Shown piece after piece: positions 1 to 10,326 of a stretch of DNA of 40,379 nt (the first letter of the stretch is position 1; the number at the start of each line of letters is the position of its first letter). This stretch comes from Parasitella parasitica NRRL 2501 (lineage: Eukaryota; Fungi; Mucoromycota). A program made the translations under genes and the position numbers. The notes below the pieces were generated by a model that had not been told where the DNA came from, made no database searches, and saw only the letters and a list, made by a program, of their open reading frames with translations. The stretch spans positions 66,679 to 107,057 of the forward strand of contig MU619271.1 of the NCBI GenBank assembly GCA_025201805.1. The letters run 5' to 3'.

Positions 1-239
1 TGCTCTATACTAAACATTATGAATGAATTCTTCAGGATGAGTTTATATATAGCGATAACCAATAATGCTGATGAAGGTCAGCGTTATATAGGCCTTCATA
101 GCAAGGTAAATTCGCCTTGCACAACTAGGCTTAAACTTTGTAATCATATATGTGTTTATGTGATTTTATCAATTTGCATACAAAAGGTCCCACCGCCGAT
201 TTGATTGTCTTTTTACCCCATTACTGGACGGCTGCTTTG
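1..239 (+). repeat. Duplicated segment, copy 1 part A (direct repeat of 7519-7756); probably continues left of the window
   Basis: Aligns to 7519-7756 starting TGCTCTATACTAAACATTATGAATG; about 9 substitutions and 1 indel by eye (~96%). Confidence 0.95.
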
Positions 240-545
240 TGGCAGCTCCTAGTTTGGATATAGATCGCCACATTGACGATAGGTCAGAAGTTTAAGCAAA
301 CAAACATCCTACCTCCATCTCTATTCCAACGACTGTCAGACATAACACCATCCCTCCGCATTCAACTCAGGCTTCGCTCAGTTATCTTAGTGTTATTGCA
401 AGACAGATGATCAAACTCAATTGACTTCCCACAAGGCAAGCGCAAATTTGGACAATCAAACCAAACCAATGCAATTACCGAAAGATCAAAGAAAAATAGG
501 CTTTAGAAAACCTAGCGTATTAAATCTAAAACTGACGTCGACTTT

Positions 546-558
546 GAGTGGGGAAGAA
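546..558 (+). other. Polypurine tract of the retrotransposon (inside the inverted segment)
   Basis: GAGTGGGGAAGAA immediately before the TG that starts the LTR copy at 559. Confidence 0.75.
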
Positions 559-758
559 TGTCGGCTTTTACATCTCAATTTCAACATTGACAATAACATT
601 CAAATGGATTTGTATAAAGACTTTTAGAAGCCAGGACCAGAGCAATCCTGGCTTCCTTTTTCAATCATCAATAAAGACCCTACGTTCTCCGTGATATAAT
701 CACTTGCAGTCTCTTTATTTAATTGCCTTTGGAAATAATCGTTATCAAATGACTCTTA
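559..758 (+). repeat. 3' LTR, now inverted relative to the element body
   Basis: Reverse complement of 5651-5885 apart from indels; starts TGTCGG, ends CTCTTA (CTCTCA in the other copy); TATAAA at 613-618, AATAAA at 670-675; followed by GTATG (759-763). Confidence 0.88.
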
Positions 759-834
759 GTATGTACGAATGAAGGCCCTCCCTTGACTGTTGACATGCTA
801 TTTTAGGCAATTCTTAATATTGTTTGTATGTCAA
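759..834 (-). repeat. TSD plus host flank (part B), inverted copy of 7754-7828
   Basis: Reverse complement reads TTGACATACAAACAATATTAAGAATTGCC...ACATAC versus TTGACATATAAACAATATTAGGAATTACC...ACATAC at 7754-7828 (~85%). Confidence 0.9.
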
Positions 835-894
835 TCTCTGGGTATACATTACTAGGAGTGAAATCATTTTTGATACTTTCACGGGTTTGCCTAC

Positions 895-3720
895 TTAATC
901 TTTTTTTACTTTTTTCCAATATTGAATAATAAATTCGGAATCAGTGTAATCATTCGCCTTTACTCTCGAATTGTGTCCCTTGTCATAGTTTTTCCATTTT
1001 ACAAGATATTCGCGATTTTGAGGATCTCCACTGTCTTGGATAATGGCTTCGACCTCAAACAGCTCGCTCTTGAGAATGGTTTCCTCTTGGTTTATTGCTT
1101 TTAGCTCTGAAGCCACGTAGTTACGGGACATTAGCATGCCTTCTTCGTCACGCAAGATATATGCGCCACCGTCGTTTTGTCTGATCACTTGGTTTTAGGC
1201 CAATGTACGACGGTGCAAATGCGTTTGATTTCTGTAGGATTTTATGCATCACGTATGTGCCTGGTTTAAAGGTGACTTGAACATTTTTCTGATCAGTTTT
1301 ACCATTTAACTTCTCAGTGTAACGTTCGTGCTGCTCTGCGATTGCTGGGAATAGTCGGTACGCTTCAGAAGCTCGTCATTTGCTATATAACGCTTACTCT
1401 GCTACTTGCCGTCAATATCATAATAATTGATTGGAGCGTTCATATTGCGAGCATACATCAGCGAGAATGGGGAGCTTTGTAACTTCTTCGAAATTTTGTT
1501 GTTTATCATCAGTGCGCAGATGGGTAAATAATTGTGCCAATCCTCAATATTTCCATTGAGTAATTTTGCTAACGTTTTCTTTACAGTACCCACGTATCTT
1601 TCAGCGACACCGTTTTCTTGCGGGTGGTATTGAGTAGCATAGCGTTTTTCAATTTGCATGGATTGAAACAACATCGTATGCGATTGGTTCGACCACTCTG
1701 CACCATGGTCTGACACTACGAAAAACCTGGGCAGACCATGCCAAAGGCATCAATCATCGCAGCAGCAACGCTCTTAGCCGTCTTGTCAACTATAGGTTTT
1801 AAAACGACAAATCGGGTACAAACGTCAATCATTACTAATAAGTATGTGTACAGGTTGGAGTTTGACATGAAAGGGCCTGCTAGGTCCATTACGTATCCAT
1901 CGCCGGGAAGGTAACTATACACGGAGCGTGTGAGGTAAATATCCTTTTTTTTTTAATGTTGAATTTAACACATAGTGCACAGCCACTCACAACATCAATT
2001 GCATCCTGTAGTAGTCCTGGCCAATTCATGTTTTGGTTTCTTATAGATTTAACAATATTGTCAGCACCAAAATGACCACTCTCGTGGTGAATCTCATTCA
2101 GTAAAGTTTTTCTACCGGGTTCAGGCACAAATATACAAATTTGCTCACTATATTCATGAGCATTTTGGATGAGTGCAACAATTTTAATTGAGGTGTTGTT
2201 GGTAAAAAGCTCAACATATCTTGGTCGGTAGGAGTAATTTCAGTTGCCTGATGTATTGGCAAATGTAAATCCTTTGCGCTGTTTGTATGATTTAGATTTA
2301 CTATCCCTATCTCTCCATTCAGAAGAATCAGCGAAGTAGTATAAGCATGAGAGGAAGCCAGGCAATACACTTTAAAAAACCGCTCAGATGGCGAATTTTA
2401 AACGTATGTCTTAGAAACGTGTCAAAGTAATCGACAAAGTGTTCATTGATGGGTGTTTGGGTGAACAGAAATGTTAAACTACAATGGTTGGAATAGAGGA
2501 TAAACTGTTTGCCAAAGAGGAAGTCATCGTAAAGCTTCAGGGCCATAGGAATGGTAGTGAGCTCTCGACGTTGTACGTGCTAGTTTTGTTTGCTCTTGGA
2601 TAAGCTACAGCTGTGAAAGACAATATAACGGATCTTTGTGATAGTAATGGGTGCGTCACTATGCTGATAATTACTGGTTTAAGTATATTGCAGCTCCTTG
2701 AATAGACAAGTGCCTAAATCATGATCACTGGCATCCACAGCTACAATCAAAGGTAATTATAGATAGTGTCACAACCATGTTTTAATTCTGGCGTCCATTG
2801 AATAGGTACTGAATCGCCAATACTGCGGAGGGCATCCTAGCGCCAAGTCAGCTTACTAGCCATGGGGCAGTGGTCGCGCATTAGGTAAACATGGCAAGGC
2901 ATGATTTGAGTGCTTTTGGATGTTGAGTGTATGACACGTTGCAGATATTTCTTAATCGTTTAGTGCAAATGCTACGACCTTGACGGCTAATTGTTTGGCC
3001 CAGCACCACAATGGCTGTCTTGGCCATATGAGCTTTTGCCATGTTCTTAAGATAAGTTTGATTTCGGTTAGGGGATTGGTGATGATGCTTAATTGGTTTG
3101 CATATAGTTCCATATCATCAATGAATTATACAATAAACGTCATAGATACATGTCAAAAGGGTTGGTCACCTAGGATATCGTCAAGTAAGCGACTCCAGGC
3201 GCTGCCAATAAAATAATCCTGTAAGGGCAGGAGGCAAAGCAGTATGCAGTATTACGGTGCTGGAAACTCGTTTTGACCTGATCTGACAAATTCAGGTACG
3301 CGGTTGCAACGTCAATACAAGTTTATATTGCAGCACCTGTTGCCTGTTTGAAGATCTCGGAAGGCAATTTTATGCTATAATTGTCCAGACTCGAGGGCAT
3401 TAAAATGCTGTTGAGTTCTCGGAATTAGAGCCAGAGGATGAGGACATAGTTCCCCTGACATCAATAGCCTGATTTTGGTTAATGGCAGGTTCAATGGCTT
3501 TCATCCGTCGTGCATCCTCACTCTCCGACCAGCGTTAGATATGTTAGTATGTGTTTCTCATCGACTACGGCATCGTCATACAGAATTTCATTATCAAAGG
3601 CGACGCTTGCTAATGTAATGCCCAGTTCTGAGAAGATATCACACCCGCAGAGCAAGTATTCACCAGTTCCTAATTTATTCATGATGAAAAAAGAATGATG
3701 CACATGACAACCATTATATT
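895..3720 (-). pseudogene. pol pseudogene (protease C-half, RT, RNase H, integrase, chromodomain) with many stops and frameshifts
   Basis: RNase H LIVAVDASDHDLGTCLF near 2700-2755; integrase Zn motif IHHESGHFG...CALC; core MDLAGPF, SDHGAEW, YHPQENGVAERYV; chromodomain FEVEAII...EYLVKWKNY; RT region has no minus ORF of 60 aa or more. Confidence 0.92.
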
Positions 3721-3744
3721 TAATATGGATTTTGATTTAGTACG

Positions 3745-5571
3745 TCATTTGTAATGCTTAAATATACACAAAAGATTGCCATATTTACCATTATTGTCAG
3801 ATGATGGGACATCGAGGTCATCCATTGAGCTTTCATCAAGGAATTCAGCCATGTCATCATCGTCAGCAAGAGGATTAATCTGGCTCAGAATCTTCATAAT
3901 ATTCTTAGCGCGATCATTCAATTGTTCGGTAAAAGATTTACGTCTAACTGCAAACGTACCAGTGCAATTTATGTTGGCAGGCTGTCCTATGCCCTTTTCA
4001 GCGTTTTGTCGCGCATATTGGAAAGCAATGCGTTCTGGACAGAAATGACACGGGTAGAGCTTGACTTTTTCACAGTGAGTACACAGTGGTCCGGTCGAAA
4101 ACGGGGCAGTAGTGTTATGTCCCCTGCGATTTATTCGCTTGAAGGGGTGTGTCTTTGCCTCATCATTAGAAGCGGCTGGACCGACCGTCAGATTTTCAGA
4201 GCATCCACGTTTTCTGCCATTGGGATTCTTGGTCTGCTTTTCTACCTGGACTTGGTAACGCTCTAACAGATCACGATGCACGGAAGAAGAATGAACTTTC
4301 AGGAGTTCCATGATCGACTGCAAGTTTTCATGAGGTAATATAGCATCGCTTTTAACGGGAGGGCTGATATTACCTTGAGCTACCCGGATCGTGGGTAGCT
4401 GTTCTTTCAAATATGTTTTGACATACTCCTCTAAGGCAACAAAACACATGATTGCCATAAATACAGAATCGGGTAGTTGGGCTTTTGCCATCAGGATGGT
4501 AAAGCGTTGGAGGAATTCCATCAATGATTCATCAAACCTTTGGCGCAAGCCAATCAAGTCTGAAATATAGTCAAATCTAGTGTTTGTCCCCATATATTTT
4601 TTTAGCAGCTTTACGTTCATGTCATTCCAGGATCTGTAGGCCCTGCGGTTTTGTTTGATTTCATACCGGAACCAGTGTCTTGGCGACGCATCCATCGACG
4701 AAGCAAATGATTGACGCAATGCGACCTCCCAATGACGATTGATGTCATAATCATGGTACGCGAAAATAGATTCGAATTTTTCAATGAATTCTTTTACATT
4801 GAGAAAGGTAGCGACATTCTTTTTTGTGTCCGTAAGCTTCATTTGGTATGCTTGCATTTGATAATTGCAAGACTCGATGTTGAAGCTAGGAACTCTTTCC
4901 ATAGGAACGTTAAATCGTCTATTTTGGTTTGATCCTTTGGGTGCAGCAGCGTTGCGTTGAACAGGTCTGTCTTTATGAACTAAATCAGCACGGACTCCTT
5001 GCAACATGCCATCCATCACCTTAATCTTTTCAGTTAGCAATGAAACTTCTTGAAAAGAGTTAGGGTTATCCGATTCGATGAGATCCACTACTTGGTCACG
5101 CATGGTTTGGATCATAAGCTCATACTTCATCTCTTTAGCTCTCAAGCTTTTAAGTGTGATGTGGGCATACTTTGAGTCCATACTAGGCGAGGAGGATATG
5201 TTTACTGATGAAGAAGCCTCTACTTGTGGCCTTTCTATGCTCGTGTAGTTCACTTTGAACGAATTAGATGTTCCAATATCTTTAAGATTTTGAGCCTCGT
5301 TCAACTTAGTTTTGAGATCACCAACCATCGTTGGATTTTTATATTGTTGTGTACTATTATACTCATCTGTATGACCATCAGGTTCCTGAAGGTTTTTACC
5401 AACTTGCACGACCTCCAGATCATCCTCAAAGTCAGAGAGAAGGTTATCACGATTAGGGGCAGTATCAAAGTCCTTTTCATAGGATTGCGAGGAACTGTAT
5501 TCATCGCGAGTTTGATTTCGTGCCTTTTCGGTCACTTGGGAATCAGTGTGGTTATTCTTTTTTTCAGTCAT
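3745..5571 (-). CDS. Retrotransposon Gag-like protein, 608 aa, uninterrupted
   Basis: First ORF after the 5' LTR; capsid-like core (RHWF...SWNDM..KLLKKY...LRQRFDESLMEFLQRF); knuckle-like CTHCEKVKLYPCHFC. Confidence 0.85.
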   Translation of the reverse strand: MTEKKNNHTDSQVTEKARNQTRDEYSSSQSYEKDFDTAPNRDNLLSDFEDDLEVVQVGKNLQEPDGHTDEYNSTQQYKNPTMVGDLKTKLNEAQNLKDIGTSNSFKVNYTSIERPQVEASSSVNISSSPSMDSKYAHITLKSLRAKEMKYELMIQTMRDQVVDLIESDNPNSFQEVSLLTEKIKVMDGMLQGVRADLVHKDRPVQRNAAAPKGSNQNRRFNVPMERVPSFNIESCNYQMQAYQMKLTDTKKNVATFLNVKEFIEKFESIFAYHDYDINRHWEVALRQSFASSMDASPRHWFRYEIKQNRRAYRSWNDMNVKLLKKYMGTNTRFDYISDLIGLRQRFDESLMEFLQRFTILMAKAQLPDSVFMAIMCFVALEEYVKTYLKEQLPTIRVAQGNISPPVKSDAILPHENLQSIMELLKVHSSSVHRDLLERYQVQVEKQTKNPNGRKRGCSENLTVGPAASNDEAKTHPFKRINRRGHNTTAPFSTGPLCTHCEKVKLYPCHFCPERIAFQYARQNAEKGIGQPANINCTGTFAVRRKSFTEQLNDRAKNIMKILSQINPLADDDDMAEFLDESSMDDLDVPSSDNNGKYGNLLCIFKHYK

Positions 5572-5650
5572 TCGACTTTCAAAACGTAAATAATGGTTAT
5601 TTTTTTATCGTAAAGAACGAATCGTTCAAGAACGTTGATATTAAAAAAAA

Positions 5651-5885
5651 TGAGAGTTATTTCAATATAAATAACGATTAGTTCCAAAGACAATTAAATA
5701 AAGAGACTACAAGCGATTATATCACGGAGAACGTAGGGTCTTTATTAATTAAATGATTGAAAAAGGAAGCCAGGATTGCTCTGGTCCTGGCTTCTAAAAG
5801 TCTTTATACAAATCCATTTGAATGCCAGTGTCAATGTTGGAATTGAGATGAAATTTAGCCTCCAGTTAATAGGCAAAAACCGGCA
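5651..5885 (-). repeat. 5' LTR (TG...CA, 235 bp)
   Basis: Minus strand begins TGCCGG at 5885 and ends AACTCTCA at 5651; preceded by GTATG (CATAC at 5886-5890); 80 bp upstream of the gag ATG. Confidence 0.88.
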
Positions 5886-6035
5886 CATACAAATATGAAT
5901 GCATTCAGTCTTCTTTGTTTTCAGTTTAACAGGAGGAGCCGGATTAACAGTGATTTAGGAATAGCACCTCAACAGCACCACACCTATATTGTATATGCTG
6001 AAAAAACTCGAAAAATCTGAGGTCTGATTCATATT
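5886..6035 (+). repeat. Duplicated segment, copy 1 part C (direct repeat of ~7824-7980)
   Basis: CATACAAATATGAATGCATTC... matches CATACAAACATGAATGCATTC... at 7824; ~80% over the first 80 bp, patchier afterwards. Confidence 0.85.
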
Positions 6036-6614
6036 ATCGATTCAGGACATCAATAAAAAGCAGGGTTTAGCATCCTGCAAATGATCATAGCAATAAAATT
6101 CAGAGTGAAGCCCTAGTGTGATTTCCTTTGATATAATACCATTCAGGGTAATTTAGTACGTTCAATATCAAGTGCATGATTAAAGATGGGAATATTTTTA
6201 TATTTAATTGTATCTATACATATTAAACTGTTTCTCATGAGAGGTATACCAATTGTTTGATCTCTAAGAACCCTCTTTTCGCAAGTATTACATCTTATTA
6301 CTCTATAATGGCTCACCATCACGTTCATGTTTGTCAATTCCAAAGTAGCGGTGACTAACTTTCGTTGACAATCACATTGACCTCACTCTGGCTGGTGCGT
6401 TTGTTCTGTTAGTTTTTGACAGGCATGGAAAATGGTGATTTATATGACATTGAGTTTATGTTAGGCAAAACTTTTACTTTATTAATTGATTGTTTGAATT
6501 GTATGAGTAGTGTTTTATTTTTATTTAAGATGTAAACCCTGTTGTTATTCATGCCAGAATATCAAAAGAAAAGAACGTATAGAGAATGACTGAATTTACC
6601 AGCATTATATTTGC

Positions 6615-6776
6615 TTAAAAGTGAGTAAAGTCCACAGCACAGGCGCCACCAAAGCAGTTACCAGAATCACATTCTGAGCTTGCAGAACAACCTTCTCCAG
6701 CACCTTTTGCTGCTACCAAGAGAGACAAGGATAAGACAACGAGAGAGATAGTATAAGCTTTGAGGTTGAGTTGCAT
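6615..6776 (-). CDS. Small secreted cysteine-rich peptide, 53 aa
   Basis: Manual translation MQLNLKAYTISLVVLSLSLLVAA-KGAGEGCSASSECDSGNCFGGACAVDFTHF*; signal-peptide-like N-terminus; C-x5-C-x4-C-x4-C; TATAAATA ~55 bp upstream. Confidence 0.8.
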   Translation of the reverse strand: MQLNLKAYTISLVVLSLSLLVAAKGAGEGCSASSECDSGNCFGGACAVDFTHF

Positions 6777-6830
6777 TTGTAAAATAAGGTAGTAGATAAT
6801 TAACTGTCTTGAAATCGAAAAAGAGCTCAG

Positions 6831-6838
6831 TATTTATA
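6831..6838 (-). promoter_or_regulatory. TATA box of the peptide gene
   Basis: TATAAATA on the minus strand ~55 bp before the ATG at 6776. Confidence 0.55.
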
Positions 6839-7518
6839 CACTTCGATTCAAGGAGGACATACGTACCGTTTTATATTTCTTTATCTTCAGTTTTACTAGG
6901 CAAATTACATCAACAAAGAATACGTAAATCAAATGTGAAGCTTTTCTCCTATTTCGTTGCCATAGTAGTGGATTGATATCTTGTTTATACTTTTAATGTA
7001 GAGAGCAGTTCATAGCGTTTGAGCTGACAATATATGAGCAGTTTATGGGCAGTTCCTCAATGTATTAGTGCGAGGCAATTTGATCTTTGATAATCATCTC
7101 ATATGCAATTTAAAGAAAGGGTAGCGTCCATTTCATCATTGCTCTGTTGAAATGCAGGTTCATACAACGTGTTTAAATTGTACAATATCGTGCATTGTCT
7201 GCCATATTCTTACAGATGAGAAATATAGAGCTCCATATTTAATATCACGTATTTAAATTCATTCTTATAAGCAAAAGTAACAAAAACAAAAGTATGATTG
7301 CTGCTTCGAAATTAGCTAGTATGCGGATCCAAGAACGACAATAGCACGCTATTGCATCTTGGCTTATCTATTGAGATTCACTCATACCAATTAGTTGGAA
7401 CCGTCGTTACTGTAATTGCCACGATATACGTTAAAAGTGGGGCAAATCCTAGTTTTGACTTTTCAGGGGTTGATGTGTGGAAGATGCACAATAAAAACAT
7501 AGAAGCACATCCACGTTG

Positions 7519-7980
7519 TGCTCTATACTAAACATTATGAATGAATTCTTCAGGATGAGTTTATATATAGCGATAACCAATAATGCTGATGAAGGTCAGC
7601 GTTATATAGGCCTCCATATCAAGGTAAATTCGCCTTGCACAACTAGGCCTAAACTTTGTGATCATATTGTGTTTATGTGATTTTATCAATTTGCACACAA
7701 AAGGTCCCGCCGCCGATTTGATTGTCTTTTCACCCCATTACTGGACGACTGCTTTGACATATAAACAATATTAGGAATTACCTAAAAAAGCATGCCAACA
7801 GTCAAGGGAGGACCTTGTTTGCACATACAAACATGAATGCATTCTGTTTTCTTTGTTCCCAGGTTATCAGGAGGAACCGGATTTACAGCAATGTAGGGAT
7901 ATCAACCCACGACCAAAATATAAGGCCTCAATTCTTTATTCTAAAAGCTTTCAGCAAAATCTGATATCTGATTCTCATTA
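7519..7980 (+). repeat. Duplicated segment, copy 2: uninterrupted A-B-C, the empty site for the retrotransposon
   Basis: Contiguous homologues of 1-239, reverse-complemented 759-834 and 5886-6035, with a single CATAC at 7824-7828. Confidence 0.9.
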
Positions 7981-8865
7981 ATGTTAAAAAAAAATCTATC
8001 ACACGCATAAATTAACGCGAGTACTTTTGTTAATATGATTTAAATCTAGGAAACACTTAATATTTATATATAATATGCAAGTATTGGCAGTATACTTCCG
8101 TTTCGAACACCAAGAAAAAGCGGGATTTCAAGACAGAGCTCCAGAGTGGTTGATAGTCTTTGATATGTACAAAAACTGGAAGTAACTTCACATGAATAAA
8201 AGCGAGTTAAGATTGTTTAATGGGTAATTCTGCACATGCGCATTGAATTGATTTTCATGAGACATATCAAACATTCGATGATAAACAATCCTCTTCTATT
8301 TAGCAGGCCCTCCAAAATTATATACAAATATGCTTTAAAAGTACTCGAACATAATCACTTGGTAGCTGAAAAGATTTGTCTCCTGGTAATGAGCATGACT
8401 TAACATCTAGGATGGCTCTTTTTACACAAAAAAAAAAAGAGCTGATTTTATACCGTATAAATACAATCATGTTTATTATGCAGCTCAAATTTGACTACAC
8501 CGATAATATCTGTGTCAAGTTTACTCTTATATTAGATTTGGAAGTAATCCATCTTCAAATGGCCAACTGCTAGTAAACATCAGCTTTTGTAGATTTTAAA
8601 AACCATCAAAATGGCCAAAGCGCTCTAGAGTGTCGAGATCTACTGCAGATTGCAACATAAAATAATCAAAGATATGATTTCTTCTTATATCGATCTCAAA
8701 TTCTTTTGCATTCTGTACTTTCGTTTAATAAAAGTATCATTACTGTATTTCTAATTGCTAGTATAGAGTTAGCCTACGTGAAGGTTCCACCATTGGCACT
8801 CAGACCAGTTTTATTTTTGCACAGGAATATTCTTTTGTTTTGAATCGTTTCTCTTTTTCAGTTCA

Positions 8866-10326
8866 ATGCTATTACAATTTCAAAAATTCCAGGACTTGTA
8901 CGACGCTGTAGCTGAGCTGCTTGCAGAAAAAGCCAATAGAAAAGGTAACTAAGTTTGTTTAAATAAAAGTCAAGAGCTTAACAAAGGATGTACAGACCTC
9001 GAGGCTTGTGGACACTCTATCCATTATTTGTTTGAAACAACATTGGAGCAGACATTTGAAAGCACAGCATTAGAAGAGCTTTTGATAAAAGCCAAGGCGC
9101 TGACAGATTTTTGCAACGAAGCAGTACTACTATACCATTTTAAGGATGTACCTGTATATTGGCGCCGTATGATGGTGGATGCAGGTTTGTTAAAAGTGAT
9201 GATACAGTTGAAGGTCATCTTAGAGCAGCAGCAAATTGGATTCGAAGCACTGGAGCCTCAAGTCCAGTTAATCATCAGTGATTTAGACACATGCCTAGTT
9301 GTAAGTGGATGTCCAGGCCCTGATCGTCGCTTGCTGGCCAATATTATATTGGAAGAACTACAATATTGGCTCACAAATGGACGCTGTGGTGCTCAGCCTA
9401 TGTTTAAAAAAACCAAATTACTCAAGGAAGCTATAAATACGCTACCCATGCCAGAAATTAAGCATCCAATCAAACTATATACCGAGCCACCTAGCTTTGA
9501 ATGGTTCTTAGCACACTGTAATCAGCCATTGCCCACTCCTCTTATTATATCAAAAGGTGTGATTGACCACTGGCAAGCATTTGGCCAACACCCCTGGTCG
9601 TCAATGAATTATTTGAAATCCATAGCAGCAGACCGAGTGGTGCCTGTGGAGATTGGAAGCCAATATACAGATGCAAACTGGAGCCAGAAAATGATGCGAT
9701 TTTCAGATTTTATAAATCAGCATATTCTTCGACAGGATGGAGCACCCGCTTATCTAGCGCAGCATGATGTTTTTTATCAAATACCTCAGCTAGAAAAGGA
9801 TATAGTTGTGCCTGACTATTGCTACATTGAGCCTAAGCTAAGCGAACTGTACACAGCACGGCCCGACGATGTAATCAAAAATGCATGGTTTGGACCCAAA
9901 GGAACAGTGTCGCCGCTTCATCAGGACCCGTACCATAATTTACTTTGTCAGGTTGTTGGTAGCAAATATTTGAGACTAATTTCACCAGTGCAGAGTGATT
10001 TAGTGTATGCTCGGGAGGGATTAATGACCAACACAAGCCAAGTAAAAGATCTGCAAACTTTGTTGTAAACAGTGCACTTATGCAATTATTAGGTCGACAT
10101 TGCTGATATTGATTTCAATCGATTTCCTCGGTTTACAGATGTTGATTACGTTGACTGCATCCTACAAGAGGGGCAAGTACTGTACATACCCGTAAGTTGA
10201 CAAGCATATGTTTATGCAAATTAATAGCTATTTAACCATATTAACACACATATTGATAAACAGCCAAAATGGTGGCATTATGTAAAGTCGCTTGAAACAA
10301 GCTTCAGCGTAAGCCTGTGGTTTTGA
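8866..10326 (+). CDS. JMJD5: JmjC/cupin-like 2-oxoglutarate oxygenase, JMJD5/KDM8-like, 4 exons
   Basis: Exons 8866-8944, 8996-10041, 10093-10191, 10264-10326 with GT-AG introns; RVVPVEIGSQYTD, YLAQH, NAWFGPKGTVSPLHQDPYHNLL, LYIPPKWWHYVKSLETSFSVSLWF. Confidence 0.9.

Larger units (their letters stand above)
240..5885 (-). mobile_element. Degenerate Ty3/gypsy (chromovirus-type) LTR retrotransposon with inverted 3' end
   Basis: Minus-strand order gag, protease remnant, RT, RNase H, integrase, chromodomain; two ~200-235 bp LTR copies; polypurine tract; 5-bp TSD GTATG/CATAC. Confidence 0.93.

Noticed and set aside
19-627. Short plus-strand ORFs 19-204 and 421-627 as genes
   Set aside because: They lie in duplicated intergenic DNA and the inverted element tail/LTR, with no recognisable motifs
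3776-5589. Antisense ORFs within gag
   Set aside because: Shadow frames of a long coding sequence with no independent evidence
559-5885. Novel class of retroelement with native inverted terminal repeats (DIRS- or Ginger-like)
   Set aside because: It has a DDE integrase, chromodomain and RT, not a tyrosine recombinase; the PPT, TSD and host flank B are inverted together with the LTR, which a secondary inversion explains
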